The notes: generated by a model from the sequence alone, not told the origin. DNA of 61,726 bases, filler included, from Rhabdomonas costata (GCA_019059605.1; 25 parts of 25 records of this genome joined end to end with filler, not necessarily neighbours in it); one strand, 5' to 3'; positions 37,697 through 51,167 are shown, counted from the whole stretch's first letter. A program made the numbers and translations.

Positions 37697-39463
37697 GTCT
37701 CTCTGGCCCAGTCGGAGATCCGCTTGGAACTGGAGGCCGATTTCGGTGCCATGAAGAAGGAACTGGAGAAGCAATTTGCCGAGGACAAGGCCAAGCTTAA
37801 GGAGCAACTCCGGCAGGTCTGTCCACCCGACGCACTCAGAGCAGCCCCTTCGTGCATATCACCACCTCATCTCTCCTCATCTCTCCTCATCTCCCCCCTC
37901 AAGGAGATCCGGTATGGTCGTCGGGGTCGCGTATGCTCAGCGCTAAAAAAAAAATTGTGGGCTGTTGCCGTCGTTCCATTGTCCTCGGGATGTCGGTTTC
38001 GGTGGCCGCAGGAGCGGGACCGGGAGATTGAGCTGGTGATTCAGAAGCTCGAGGACGGCGCTATCGCCGCAGCGAAGGACCAGAAGGCCACAGAGCGCCA
38101 GCTCACGGAGAGGTACCCTGACTCACGCGAGTTCTTCGCCCTTACCAGGGAAAACAATTCAAGGAACTCTGCTTTTTCCAGAAGTATATTCACCATAAGC
38201 TTGAAATTTGTGACCACAAGCTCCAAGTGCTTTGATTATGAGCGGGTAGGAAACGGAAAGTGCGCGGACCTTATTCCGGGTGGGTGCTGGCGGCTACAGT
38301 TCGCGACTGTGGGCCTCTGGTCAGCCCTCCCGCCTTGTTTTGGTTCATTGACGGCATTCTTGTCTTTGACGGCTTTGGCCTTTTTTGCGGAACTATTGCG
38401 GCACCCCTTATGTACGGGCATGCCCTTTCCCCAGGGGGAGAGCGGGAGAAAGGCTGGGGACGTGTGATGTAAAAAAGAAGAAGAAGAGCCTCCAATGGTC
38501 CAGGCTGACCTGATGAACAAAATAGGTATGCCCTCCGTCACCGTTCGTCGTGACAGAGTGCTGAACAAAAGAATGTTGTTCGTTGTAATTTTTTTTACTT
38601 CGGACGGCGTCCTTTCGCTTATGCGTTTTGGGAGATTGTGGTTTGTGGCGGGCCAGGTGTCAAGCCCTGCAGCGCGAGAGGGATGCCTTAGCGCAGCAGA
38701 GCAAGGAGCTTGGTGCGAAGTATGCCGACGCGGTGGCCTCTCTGGAGACTAAGGGCAAGCTTCTGCGTGGTGTGGAGCGACAGAATTCCCTCCGACTTCG
38801 CACGTCTTCTGTGGAGGGGCATGGGAGGGGGATACGCGCAGCGTCGATCTCCAGGCCGTGTCTCCTGGGGGACAACCACAGTTTTATTGGGCAGATGAAG
38901 CAGCCCATTCTTGAATGAAAAACCCAGAAAAAAACAGAACAGACTTTAGATTCGCACATTTGGTTGGGACGATGGAGCAGAGGTCAGCCAAACCCAAGGC
39001 ACGTCCACACGGCCCACACCGTGCTCCACCCCCTTCCCCCAACGCTCTAACCAGTCGTCCTCCCTGGGTCCGGCCGTTTGGAAACCAATGCGCACAAACT
39101 AGCGGGTGCTGAGCATTGCGACGGGAACAGCGAACTTATCATCAAACCCGGATTCCCAAATTCAGGAGTATAGGATTGGATCACATGGACGGACACGCGC
39201 ACCAGGACCCCGTCTTCGGAAGGGTGCGTTCAGGCACCGAACGTTGAATCCGTCAATACTTGAAGAACTGAAGTTTGATTTGAGGGAAAGAATTTCGAAT
39301 GAAATAAGATCAACATTGCCCCACGTTAGCCAGCGATTTCCCGACACTATCCCAGAACAAAACCAATGGCTTCAAGCTTAAATGCTTTCTTGCGCGCTCT
39401 TTTGCAGAGCATGAGATTCAGCTGGCCGACGCTGCAGCCGAGAGGGAACGCCGAGTCAGCGAG
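37697..39463 (+). CDS. CEP131: CEP131/AZI1-like centriolar coiled-coil protein, internal part; exons 37697-37816, 38012-38112, 38657-38769, 39408-39463
   Basis: Continuous heptad coiled coil; ERDREIELVIQKLE matches the conserved CEP131 RDKEIELVI.RLE motif as I recall it. Confidence 0.65.
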
Positions 39464-39763
39464 GTCGCACAAGTGCTGTCCCACAAGGCCCAGCAGGCCG
39501 ATGATCTTTGGAGCTGCAAATACACGAAGAAAATCCAGGCATGATCTCCCCCACCCCCCNNNNNNNNNNNNNNNNNNNNNNNNNNNNNNNNNNNNNNNNN
39601 NNNTTAATTAATTAANNNNNNNNNNNNNNNNNNNNNNNNNNNNNNNNNNNNNNNNNNNNGTGGTGGGTGTGTTTGGTTGTTTTTTTTCCTCTGCCCCGTG
39701 CTTTCCATTTTTGCTTTCCCTTCACCTCGCATCCTTCGAGTTCCACTCATCTCCTTACTAGAA

Positions 39764-41944
39764 ATGAAGCGAAGTGAGGCGTCCCTCTCCCCTGTGTGCA
39801 TTAAGTCCGCAGGTAGCCTTTCTGCAATGCTGCAACGCAAAGCACAGGACCCTGCTTCACACAAGTCTCGCATCCCGGACTGCCCGCGGATTCCGATCCG
39901 GCTCTTACACGTGGCTCTCGCCGTGGTTTCTCTGATTACCGTCGGTGCGATGACCTTTGTCCTCACCCGCAACCATGCCGAGGCTGCTCTGGCCCGCGTG
40001 GGCCGCAGCTACCGCACCTTGGCCTGCACGGTGGTCGAGAATGAGGTGGTGAGTTACCTCAGTATGATGAGCTTGGTTACCCGAAAGCTTGCGGAGTACG
40101 TCGCGGCTTCAGATATTGGCCCTGGCATGTGTGTGATGGCGAGTGATAGTTGGATGTGTTGAAGGATGGAACGATGCAGATCCTCTTTTCCTTGAAGGAC
40201 GCGGTCTCTATGGCAAACCCTTACACGGCCGTCTTGTTGTTGTCCATCGCCATTGCCTAAACTGCGACCTTGACATCGGGGGGAGGGGCATGACATCACG
40301 AGGTCATTTCGATTGTGTCCTTGGTTCATAGGAGAGTTGTTGCGTTTCCCAATTGGCAATGAGATTATTCGATGGTTAGCCTTAACGGATCTCGACGACA
40401 ATGCAACACGTTTTCTAGGTTGCCACCCCCTCGACGTGCGACCTGCGGCTCAACCGTTCGGCGGTGGCTGCTGTTTGCTTTCTGAGCTATTCCTCTCCCA
40501 CTTCCCGTAAAAAGCCCATTCCGGAGTCTCTCTACCCTCCTCTCTTGCTTCCCTTCTTTGAATGAAATGAGTCTTTTTGAAACAAACCGTTCCCCACCTC
40601 GCCCCACCCCACGCACACGTGCACTCGCAAACTCGCAACTTCCCACTCTCCTGGCCGACAGCCATAGCGATAGCGTGTAGTGTGCTACCTCCCTGTGACG
40701 GGGTTTCCCGGCTGGTCACTATCACTAGAGTTGATATTAGAGGAAGTAATGTCAAGAGGTCAGCATCGGGTTACAGCGAAACACGCGCATCTTCTATTCT
40801 TTTCGTCCACTTCCTTCTTGTTTTCCCAGTCTACTGGGTTTCAGTGGAAGACGTCCACGTTTAGATTGTTTTTTGGGCGACGCTGGTCCATTGGAACAGC
40901 GTCCAGGATGTCGTGGGACGCGGAGCGCAGCGGACTTCCGTGACTTTGAGCTGGGGTGCGATGAACGGTTCTCAGGAGATTGCAGTGCAAAAGGGATTGA
41001 ATTATTTTGGCTGGATAGCCAACCGCCGAAGCGGCCGACTGGCCCTATCCAACGGCTGAAGCTGGTGGGTGGCGCGGGCGTGGGCCGGCTGGATAGTGGA
41101 TCCAGCTGGATAGTACCAAGGTTCCCATGGATAGTGATCACTTTACAGCGCCCTCGATAGTGGGGATCACCAAAAAGTTTAAATCAAGTGATTGATTGTG
41201 TGTGTTGTTTTGAGAGCCCTCCGCAAGATACTGGGCGTATCTTGCCCGATCTCCCGCCCCGCATGTACTGACCCAGGTTGAAGGCGAACAGCGATTGTTT
41301 CACACGGCACCGTTCTGGGGGCGTCTCGCCCGAAGCATCTTGAATTATGGGCCGCTGCGCTCCTCGACCCATGAACCTTGAACCATTTTATGGAGCGCGT
41401 CCTCGGGGTTTTGGTTCAGGTGCAAGACTCTTGTGCTCTGCGTGCCTCATTCCTGTTAATCTCATCTCTGCTTCATCTCTTTTTCACACAAACCGTCAGG
41501 ATCCGCACCCCCCCCCCTCGCGACACACCTATTCACGGCACTCCCTCTCTCAAGTACGTTCACACCATCCTAGCCATGCATGCTGATGCTCTCTTCATGC
41601 CCTCAGCCAATCCTGCGCCCGAGGACGTGCGCAAGGAGCTCGCCTTCACCATGGCCGCCCTGGTGGCCCAAGGCCGCGGCCCCACCAGCACCCTGCTGGG
41701 TCTTCCCGACGGGCAGTTCCTGGGGATCAACTTCGAGGATGGCCCTGACCCTATGAAATGGGGGGTCTCCAGCGCACTCTCAGGCTTTCGCTTCTCGGGC
41801 TTCCCGGCCACGTCCTCCGGGAAGTCGAACTGCACGAAGGGGTCGCTGGCATGCCAATGGAAGCTGCTTTGGAAGGAGTCGGAGTGGCGTAGCCGCATCG
41901 GGGAGATCAGGATCTCCAACATTTCGTACAATGCCACCACTCGG
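39764..41944 (+). CDS. Membrane sensor protein (N-terminal TM helix plus Cache-like extracellular domain), partial; exons 39764-~40128 and ~41500-41944
   Basis: LLHVALAVVSLITVGAMTFVL helix followed by a long amphipathic helix; LLGLPDGQFLG and YNATTR(PWY-type) motifs typical of dCache domains. Confidence 0.62.
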
Positions 41945-42125
41945 GTCTTTGGATTTTTTTTTGCTTGGAGGATGGAGGGGAATAGAGGCGCTTTTTACGT
42001 CAAATGTGTTGCGAGACATAACAAANNNNNNNNNNNNNNNNNNNNNNNNNNNNNNNNNNNNNNNNNNNNTTAATTAATTAANNNNNNNNNNNNNNNNNNN
42101 NNNNNNNNNNNNNNNNNNNNNNNNN

Positions 42126-43010
42126 AACATCTTCTAATGCTCGTTAGCAGTTATTGAAGGACTTACGTGGCATATAGTGTGCTTCATTGAAGTGAGTAAG
42201 GCACCAAGAGGATGAATGTTGACATGCGGTGGGTCGGAATTCGGTAGCCCTCATCTTCGCATCATTTGGTACGTTTGTGGTGGCCGAGAGTAGCGAAGTC
42301 ACCACGTAGCAGGAGTATTAGAGCAGGTGTCATCATCATCATCACATTTATGGAGATGTTTAGCGTAACTTCCCACCGACCATCAAGAATACTCCAATGC
42401 CAGGCCCCACACACATACCATCACTCATCACTACATCCACTCAATGCATCATGGCATGTCATCACCTGGTGGCCTCGCATCACCATCACCACCTGGGGTA
42501 GGGTAGAAGTGGTGGTCACGTAGTGGGCACCCCGACCAGGCATCAGGTGGTCTTACACGTAGGGCATGTAGATTTGTACCCGAGGCATTCAAGTAGTAGG
42601 TTACTCCTGATCACTACGCTCCACCACTCATCATGGGCCCCTTTGCTAGACGCTCATAGCCACACCTGGATGCTGAATCGGCGTGTACCTGCGTGGCATT
42701 TACGCTAAAATCACTATCTCTTCATCACTCTGGCACCGCAGGTAGGATTGAGCGAAGCGAGTGTGACGAATGTGACGTGATGACAGTTTTGAAGTGGAAC
42801 AGGAGGAACATGAACGTATCGAATTTGACGAGTGTGACGTGAAGATAGAACAGGAGTGTAGCGAGTGTTACCGAACAAGTGTTGATGAGGAACAGGAGCA
42901 AAGCGAGAGTGACGACAGAAAGCATAACAAGAACCCTGAACATGAACAGGAGCGAGGTGAGTGTGAATGCGAACCGTATAACAAGTTGATGAACATGAAA
43001 TGAGGTAAAA
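42126..43010 (-). mobile_element. Decayed retroelement gag/protease-like region with an eroded RS-repeat
   Basis: Stop-riddled low-complexity frame GSHSHSPRSCSCSG... and a possible FIL(DS)GA.THF protease remnant near 42200; same contig as an integrase remnant. Confidence 0.35.
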
Positions 43011-43399
43011 TGCCTGTTGTGAATGTGACTAATGAATCGCAGAACTCATCCTGCTAAGTAGTGACATTGGCATTAACCTCAGAACTCAGCTGGCGTTAGA
43101 ATTCCACACATTATCCTCTTCAGTAACGCAGAGGTGGGATTCCAGCATAGTAGTAGCAAGCAGCACTGTTACACTCTCTGTTTTTATGGGTGGTTGTGGT
43201 AGTAGTGGCATCAGCGTGCATAGGCATCTCTCCCTGACACTCCTGATGCAAGTGTCAACATCTCTCCTTCATTGGGTGAACATATCCATCACCACAGAAT
43301 GCATAGAGTTTGATGCATGCATACCATCACCCTAACCCTACCATTAATTATGTGTTTATTTTTATTGACCTCACTTCACAGCAGGTGATATTGATTCCA

Positions 43400-44160
43400 T
43401 GCTAAGAAACGTGAATACACCCAAACTTACAGAACAACTTTTGCACTGTTTTGATCCGCAGTGGATTGCCAACCAGCATCATTTCCAACAGGTTCACCAA
43501 GTTCACGAGCGCTTTTTGTAAGTCACTGTGCAACATGATGTAGATCAAGCAGCGCATCAGTTCCAGCAGTCGCAAAGAAAATGATCCATACAATGAAGCA
43601 AGTGCTGAAGACAATTGTTCTTGCAAAAATACAGGAAGTCAATGATGAGAGGCTTACTGGCTTTTCAGTGTAAAAGTTATGGATATTGCGATAAACAACG
43701 CTTTACTCGGAGGCACAGAGCTCAGACTGTGCTTCGTAAACCGGAGCTACTACAATAGCGTCTACTTTGACGTTCACAACTTCGACGAGGAGAAACTAAC
43801 CATAGATAGAACTGTGAAAATTATAAAATGGCTTGCACAGCTGAACTCAGACTGGGCGTTTGTGCACCGTGCCCTGTAACATGAATGGCATAGGAATTCT
43901 GCAACATCAAGCGTTCCGATTATCAATTTGTTGTTGTGAATATCAATCGGATAAAGCATCATTGTAACCAGCTGGGCTCCGCTGGCCGTCTGGCACCGAA
44001 GGACGTTGGTTCTTTTAAGATCAAGAGGAAGACCTCAAATAACACCTTTGAGATTGACATCACTGCCCATATCCAGAAGAAGATGATGCCCTTCTTCAAT
44101 TCCACCGAGATGGTACCATTCTAAGCGAGGGATCTTGACCAAGTTGGCCTGTGCCTAAGA
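43400..44160 (+). mobile_element. Decayed Ty3/gypsy integrase C-terminus (GPY/F module)
   Basis: GRLAPKDVGSFKIKRKTSNNTFEIDITAHIQKKMMPFFNSTEMVPF corresponds to KLAP.Y.GPF.I.....N.Y.L.LP....HPVF..S.L.PF. Confidence 0.75.
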
Positions 44161-45217
44161 ACTAGCAGGTTGATGATCACGTTCTTCAATCCAAGTAACA
44201 ACGGGATCTGGAACAAGCACTGAGGTTTCTACTTGAATATTACAACGCCACAGCACACCAACACCAAGCCGTGTATTATGACTTATAACTATGCGCCTGC
44301 TGACAGAGATTTGAACCAACACGTTGAGTAAAAGCAATACGCATTGTGAACTAAATGCTGTTAATGAGTATGACACATTTGTGGTGCATGAGTAATGAGA
44401 TCAGTAAGCGATATAACCTTCCCCACAAGGTGGTTTGTTTCAATTATGGTGTTTTTGTGCTTCATCCACAACACTACACACACCACCCCCCNNNNNNNNN
44501 NNNNNNNNNNNNNNNNNNNNNNNNNNNNNNNNNNNTTAATTAATTAANNNNNNNNNNNNNNNNNNNNNNNNNNNNNNNNNNNNNNNNNNNNGTGGGTTGT
44601 GATAATGTGCGTAATGGATGCTGCTGTGATAGTTAGTACTGGAGGGTGGCCTATGCCCTGTTTTATGGTAAGTAGTAAAAGACTGTGTCATGTCCCCTGT
44701 CCAGGCGTCACCGTATAATAAAATCTGTTTTGCTCACCTCAAAGCATGAGAAGAGGCACCCGAACCCTGAAATTGCGGAAGATAAAGATCTAGCACGGGA
44801 GGAAGACGAATAAACCTTCCAATGAAAACCAGCACAAAGGACTCCTCGGATAGGGATTGGTATCATGCCATGCTCACCCCCCCCCCCTTTTTTTTCGCTT
44901 TTCCCTTCAAAAGGAAACTTGCGCCTGTCGAATCTAAAAATATCGCTGCCTCCTTCCGCACACAATTATCGAATAGGTGGTTGGGAACACTTTGTCCCCC
45001 TCACCAGGACACTAATTCCCCTCTGTGATTCAGAAAGGCTGCTCACGGGCTTACCAAAATTTTTTGGCGGTGCATCACACTGACGGGATTCCAATCCAGG
45101 AATGGGGACCCAGAATGGTTCGGACGTCGCTTATGTCAATCACATAACGGGCCAACAAGCAGCTTGATAACTTCACGAGTCGAATCAAACTAGGCAAAAA
45201 AAAACGGCCGTTCACAC

Positions 45218-46775
45218 CTTGCAAGCTGTACGCCACTGTCAGCAGACCTGCGCCCGTGGAACCCCCTGTAGTAAGCAGTTTTTCTTCAAACACCGCCATG
45301 ACCGTCCCGAAGATGGGGGCGGGCGGCGGGCCCCCCGACTGCCACGTGGCCCCATCGAAGGAGCTCCAGCTGTCCTGTAGCGCCCCGCCGGTGCTGTTCT
45401 GGCCTCCGAGAACAATGAGCATCCCGTCAAACGCCGCGAGGCCCACGCAGGCACGGGGCGCAAAGGCGGCCGAGGAGGTGGCGTAAACCCAGTATACCCC
45501 GTCGTAAGTGTACCACACCTTTTTGTGACGAAACCAATGTCCGAAGCTGAAACTCATGCAATCCAGCATATAAGGTTAGGGTTAGGGAAAACATGAAAAC
45601 ATGCAAACCACTGGAATGTGCGCTGAAAGCGATTTCTGAGCAATTGATGATTGTGAGGCAGACACGTCCTTGGTGAAGGTGCCCCAATATTTACAACGGA
45701 AGGGTCAGGAAGCCACCCCTCACCCCACACCTTTCAGGTTTAAGAATCTGCAAAGAGGCCCTTAATTTTCAACTTTCTTGCCCAGCTACATTGAAATAAC
45801 TGCTACATGGATCACTGTGGATTTTTTAAGGGTGGGCCACGCCCGATAACGTTTCCCAATAAACGTACAAATTCGACTAGTGGACACGAAACAAAATCCC
45901 CATCCACACACGTTCCTCCAGAGACGAGCTTGTAATGGCCCCACCAACAAACGCACTAAAACAAAAACAACCAGCACCACTCCATACATCGCTGTAGCTC
46001 TGAGTGCCCCAACCGCCGACCATCCACAGCGCTTGGCCCCGCACGGTGACCGCCATCGCAGCTCGGGGCGAGAAACTCGCTTGCGGTGTGGCCACCGTCC
46101 AGCTCGACCCTCCGTCTGAACTCACCAAGACATCGTTCAGAAAGGGCCCAAGGAAGGGCCAAGTGCCACTGAGCGAACCGTTGGTTCCCCCGATGGCCCA
46201 CAGCCGACTCTGGAACACCACCGTTCCAAAGAATGCCCGCGCGGTGAAGTTTAACGAGGTGAGCGCGATCCAGATTTCGCCATTGAAGCTGCCCAAGACC
46301 TCGCTGGAGACTCCATTGCTTTGCTGACCCCCAAGGACCATAAGCCAATGATCCCAAGCTCCACAGCCCAGCCCCATCCGCGGCGAAAATCCGGCGGAGG
46401 GAGTGAGCCTGTTCCAGGTCATCCCGTCGTCACTGTACCAGACGTCGTTCAGCAGCTGCCCCCCTGCGGCATATGCAAAAGCAACGGAAGCAGCTGCATC
46501 TAAAGTCAGTGAGAGTGTAGACGAACGCTGAACGAGCAAGTGGATCAAGTCAAAGAAGCAGGCTCGTGCTCATGCATGCTCCTTAGTGGAAGAAAAGAGC
46601 GCAAAGCTTCCAGGCAACCGATGATCGGTCCCAAAAAGACAAGTGATGCTGTCACTCACCTGCGCCCTGTCCAGCCATCACAAGAAGCTTGCCATTCAAC
46701 ACCGCCGCGCAGTGGTGACCCCGAGGCGTGTACATGCTGGAGTTGCTCCAGGTCGCCCATGAAATCATCACTGAG
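45218..46775 (-). CDS. Kelch-like beta-propeller protein with Asp-box (S-x-D-G-x-T-W) turns, partial; exons ~46775-46660, 46463-45988, 45518-45218
   Basis: Six repeats of the form (F)SPR....V....LWVxGG....NDVWxSxDGxTW; GT-AG introns in phase. Confidence 0.9.
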
Positions 46776-47156
46776 ACGGAACGCCGAGTAACGTAACACA
46801 CAGAGGCACAAAATAATAACAGTCCAGGAGGTGAACCGGAAAATTTTGCGGAACCCCGCCCCCTCCTTATTCTCATCCTCATTCCAAGCGCGTCAATGTC
46901 ACACTTCCCCAAATCGCGTACACTGAAAGTTCTTGAATCAAATGCTGCTCAAAAACANNNNNNNNNNNNNNNNNNNNNNNNNNNNNNNNNNNNNNNNNNN
47001 NTTAATTAATTAANNNNNNNNNNNNNNNNNNNNNNNNNNNNNNNNNNNNNNNNNNNNTTTTTTGGGCCAGCAAAACCCATTATCGCGAATTCAGTTTTTG
47101 GATTATTTCACGGTTGGTTGGTTGGCGTGATTCCATTCCGCTCTTGTGCCGTGCAG

Positions 47157-49370
47157 GTGTTTAAACACCGCCGTGACTTCAGTAAACTGGATGGGCTGCA
47201 GCTCGGGGGAAACCGTGGACAGCTCTACGGGGACTCCCTCGCCAAGGTTTTCCAGGATGCCTCCCATTCACCCCCAGCGTAGTGGCAAACTTTTTACAAA
47301 CAATGTGGTCGCTCGTCGTCGCGCATAATGCGTGTGGGTTAGCCCCTTACTTTGCATCCGGGTACAACACTTTCTGAAGTGTGCGATTGCTTTCACCTCA
47401 TCACAGCTGCTTCGCTGCTGCCGTGGTCCTTTTCGCTAGCCCGAGGGCTTAGCGCTAATTTGGGCGTATTTACCTCACTCTGGGGGTCCTTCTTCTACCG
47501 TGGGCTCAGATTGTTGCGGAGTTCGACTGCGCGGCAAACGCCTTCCGGGCCATCGTCCACACCATCTTGGATATCTCCTCCCCCGAGTTCGATCTCCATC
47601 TCTCAGACTTCAACCACAAACTGAAACACCTGGATCGTCAGCTGAGCTCCATCTTTTCTCAGGTTTTTTTGTCTTTCATCCGTGATTTTAATACGTTCAT
47701 CTGTGCCCCTCTTCAACGCACACGATCCTACATCAACCTCTCGCTTGGGAACACCACCTTTTTCTTCCAGGTCATTTTGCTCTTTGTGCAATTCATTTGG
47801 TGGCATTTCGTGTGAGCCGCTCCCGAGCACTGCATACCTAAGCAGCGGTGGTTCTCCTTGTTCTATTCTCGCGTTGCACAGGCATTTCAGGAATGCAACA
47901 CCTCGGCGCTCAGCTTCCGCCTGGTGGAGTGCTTCGAGTCGCAGATGGCCCGACCCATCATTCGTGCAGAGGTGGAGAGCAAGTACCCCAAGGTCGTGGA
48001 GCAGTACGGTACGACCCACAGACACGCACATACACACAGAGGCAGACCTACGAGGTTTTTTTAATAGTTTTTCCGTACCCTGTCGTCTTTGTTGTATTTT
48101 TGCGGGGGTGCTGTGTATACAGTTGCTTAAATTATACGCCCCCCCCCCCCAATTATTTTAAATTTGCATCCCACTCTGGTAAATAATACGTCAGGCCACA
48201 TGAGAGGTTCCAACAGAAGATTTGTATGGAGTTAGAGGGCGATGCACGTGTCCCCTGGGATTCTATTGGGAGATTTGCAGGGTGAGGGTGAGCGGGTGTC
48301 CCCTTGGATGAGGATTCCAATAAAAGGTTTACAGGGTGTTAGAGGGCGATGCAGTGTCCCCTGGGACAGGAGCGAAGGGGAGATCCCGGGCACGAGGCTA
48401 GCTATATCGTTCTTTCGACTTGCAGGGGTTAGGACGCGTTGCACGTGTGGGAGAAGATACGCGTGTTTCTTCGCCATTCAAATAAAAACCTCTGCTGGTA
48501 AAGAGAGACTTATTCTTTAAGAGAGGGGGACGCAATCTTGAACTGTTCAGGGGGTGACGCATTATTGAAGTTCGCCCATCCATTATGGCCACAGACCGAT
48601 AGGGTGAACCAACGGCTCCCGACAAAAGGAATAAATCGTTAAAAGGGCCAAATTGGCCCTTGCAGGGGCCATATCTCGGCGTAGAGAAGGACTCAGAAGC
48701 AGGGAAGCGGTCAACCAACTCATCTCAGGAGTACTACCATACCACGTCACTCCAGCTCGAGTTCTGAGGTCAATGTTAGGTCTCTGGTCCGGTCCGGTCC
48801 GGTCCGGGAGTGACCATGACGGATGTCACTCAGCGAACAGGGCGAGGTTTTGGGCCGAAGTAAGTGGTCCTACCCCCCATTTCCGATGAGACCCCCCGAC
48901 GATAGGTGAGGTTCCGGAGGTCGGCTGAAGAGGCTAGATAGGCCCACCTGGTAGAACCCCCAGAACAGCAATAAGAGAAAGAACTGTAGACCTGTAAAGA
49001 ACTGCATCCCATTACCAGCCACTTAGTCCCCAGTGAACGAGGTCAAGCCGCCTTCTTACTTGATTTTGGATAAAGCCCCCTTTTTATTGCATATTTTGTT
49101 TCAAAACAATATTTTTTCCCTTCTCTTCCGTTGTTGTCATACGGGTGCTGCTGATATCGATTCTTGAACCATCTCTTAATGTGTGTGGGGGCTCCTCCAC
49201 TTAGATGCCGAGCTGACCGCGGTGCACACGGAGTTCCAGGCCCACCATGAGAGCCCACCGCTTCCGCCGGGGGTGCCCCCGTTCCTGGGCCGCTGCCTCT
49301 GGGTGCGGGGCCTGATGCACCGCATCCGGGAGCCCATGGAGAGGCTGCAGGGGATCAACATCAAGGCCCA
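47157..49370 (+). CDS. DNAH: Axonemal dynein heavy chain, N-terminal tail (DHC_N1), partial; exons 47157-47246, 47510-47662, 47882-48008, 49205-~49370
   Basis: DFSKLDGLQLGGNRG...LDRQLSSIFSQAFQECN..FRLVECFES..RPII...PPLPPGVPPFLGRCLWVRGLMHRIREPM. Confidence 0.9.
48231..48366 (+). repeat. Direct repeat GTTAGAGGGCGATGCA(C)GTGTCCCCTGGGA x2 (48231-48260, 48338-48366) inside a dynein intron
   Basis: Two copies differing by one indel. Confidence 0.85.
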
Positions 49371-50970
49371 CAAGTGTGCCCTTGTGGCGGTGGAGTGCGT
49401 GGCAATGTTGATCCCCACAACCNNNNNNNNNNNNNNNNNNNNNNNNNNNNNNNNNNNNNNNNNNNNTTAATTAATTAANNNNNNNNNNNNNNNNNNNNNN
49501 NNNNNNNNNNNNNNNNNNNNNNGGGTGGGGGTCCTCCGAGCGAAGGACCCCCACCTCCACCCCCCGCGCCCCAGCGAAGGCTTCAGCCGGAGAGCGCACG
49601 GTCTCGGGGGCATTGCAGCAGCTTACCAACAGTATGCCTCCAAGTTGAGGGCGATGATCCTGCCATGGGCGAATTGGGCTGGGTGCTCTTTCGAACCCGC
49701 ACCCGCACGGCAATCTCACCTCGTTGGTCGGCGTTTTCGACTGCGATATACCCGTTCCTTCGTTAATTTGGCTGGTGATAAAATCTTCACCTTTGATGCG
49801 ATGACAGCGAAGTTACCTCCTTGCTCGGTCCGCTTTCCCTCTTCAACGGCAACGCTTTTCACACTCTCAGACACACGGTTGTGGAGGCTGTCGTGACCTT
49901 TCTTCAATGGTGAGCCCAGGAATCCTTCGTCGGAGCCCCATAAGGGAAATACCTCAGACCAAGACGAAGAGGTGAGCCGGAAGGTGACCCAAAGCTAACT
50001 TAATTTCGCGTCCACCCCATCCTCCGTGACACCTATAAAGTGCTCTAGCTTGCTTGCCCAAAATGACGTCGGGTGCCACAGGTTTCTGTTTCTCAAACCA
50101 ATGCAGTCTGCACAACACCGCTAATCTCCAAAATGACCGGTTACCGCAAAATACGAACGACTGATACACCGGCCACACTTAGGTGCTGCACTTGCCGCGC
50201 TCAGCAACTCCCACAATAGTGTTCGGGACGCCTCAAACCCATTTTGGGGTGTGTGGGTTGCATAGCGTGTACGCACCTCAGGGTTAATACCCTCCATCCC
50301 CCATCTACTGGAAGCGGAGGTCCGCCCGTGTGAGAAATGCCAGCCCGGGCTACTGTTAAAACCCTTGCGGGAATGTAAACCGATCGCGGCGAATTTCGAA
50401 ATAGCTGCAGTCATGCTGAAGATTCGGACCCGCAAAAACAAAACACACAAGACGAACCCGCTGTTGTGCATTAATTGCCTTTTCAAAACCCAAGCCCAAG
50501 TGAAACGGGTGCGGGACAATTACAAGATGATGGTTCGTATTGTAGGTGCCGCCTGATGAGAAAAGACATCTAACTCACACCTCTGTTCCGGGCTGCGCCG
50601 TGCCTCGAAGCCGACCGCGAATATGAAAGTACCAACCCCTCAGTCTGGAGACCAGCCCACCACAGCAGCCAGCCCCAGAGAAGCGCTGCAAAGAAATGCG
50701 ACACAGGATGAAGCAGGACAGGACACTCAATACATCACAGCAAAAGCGGCCACACTGGAAGGGCCACAGATTATGTGGAGATTGTCGTTTCGGTCACAGA
50801 TTGTCGTTTCGGTTCACAATCAACATATCCAGACAACAATTCTTTTTATCAGTGACCATAATCAATAGAGTCCCACAAACCTACAGGGCGAAAAGGTACC
50901 CAAACAACTACATGAAAACCAAAAAAACGACTGGATGGAATTGATTTCAACCCCACACCAACACGAACAC

Positions 50971-51167
50971 CTGGGGTGTCGTGGCATGGCCTATGGGCAC
51001 GGAGGAGTACTCCGCTCCGTGCAAATGGATGTCCGCCAGCACGGCGCGTATGTCCGCTGGGGAGAGCACGCCCTCGGCGATACCCTCCCCCCTAAGGGCA
51101 CCCCGGGCGCGCAGGGTGTCCACGAGGTCAAAGACTTCCTTGTCAGCAACGCTGATGCCATGGCTTC
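50971..51167 (-). CDS. Exon of unknown protein (weak EF-hand-like helix-loop-helix)
   Basis: cgcag acceptor, SVADKEVFDLVDTLRARGALRGEGIAEGVLSPADIRAVLADIH, gtgttc donor. Confidence 0.45.

Noticed and set aside
38755..39407. Possible GC-AG intron (gcaagc donor) in the CEP131-like gene
   Set aside because: A same-phase GT donor at 38770 gives a better coiled-coil reading (ETKGKLLREHEIQL).
45574..45587. GGTTAGGGTTAGGG as a telomere
   Set aside because: Only about two units, inside an intron.
47367..47383. acactttctgaagtgtg resembling the start of the Euglena spliced leader
   Set aside because: Short, needs an indel, lacks the T-rich 3' half and lies in an intron; compatible with chance.
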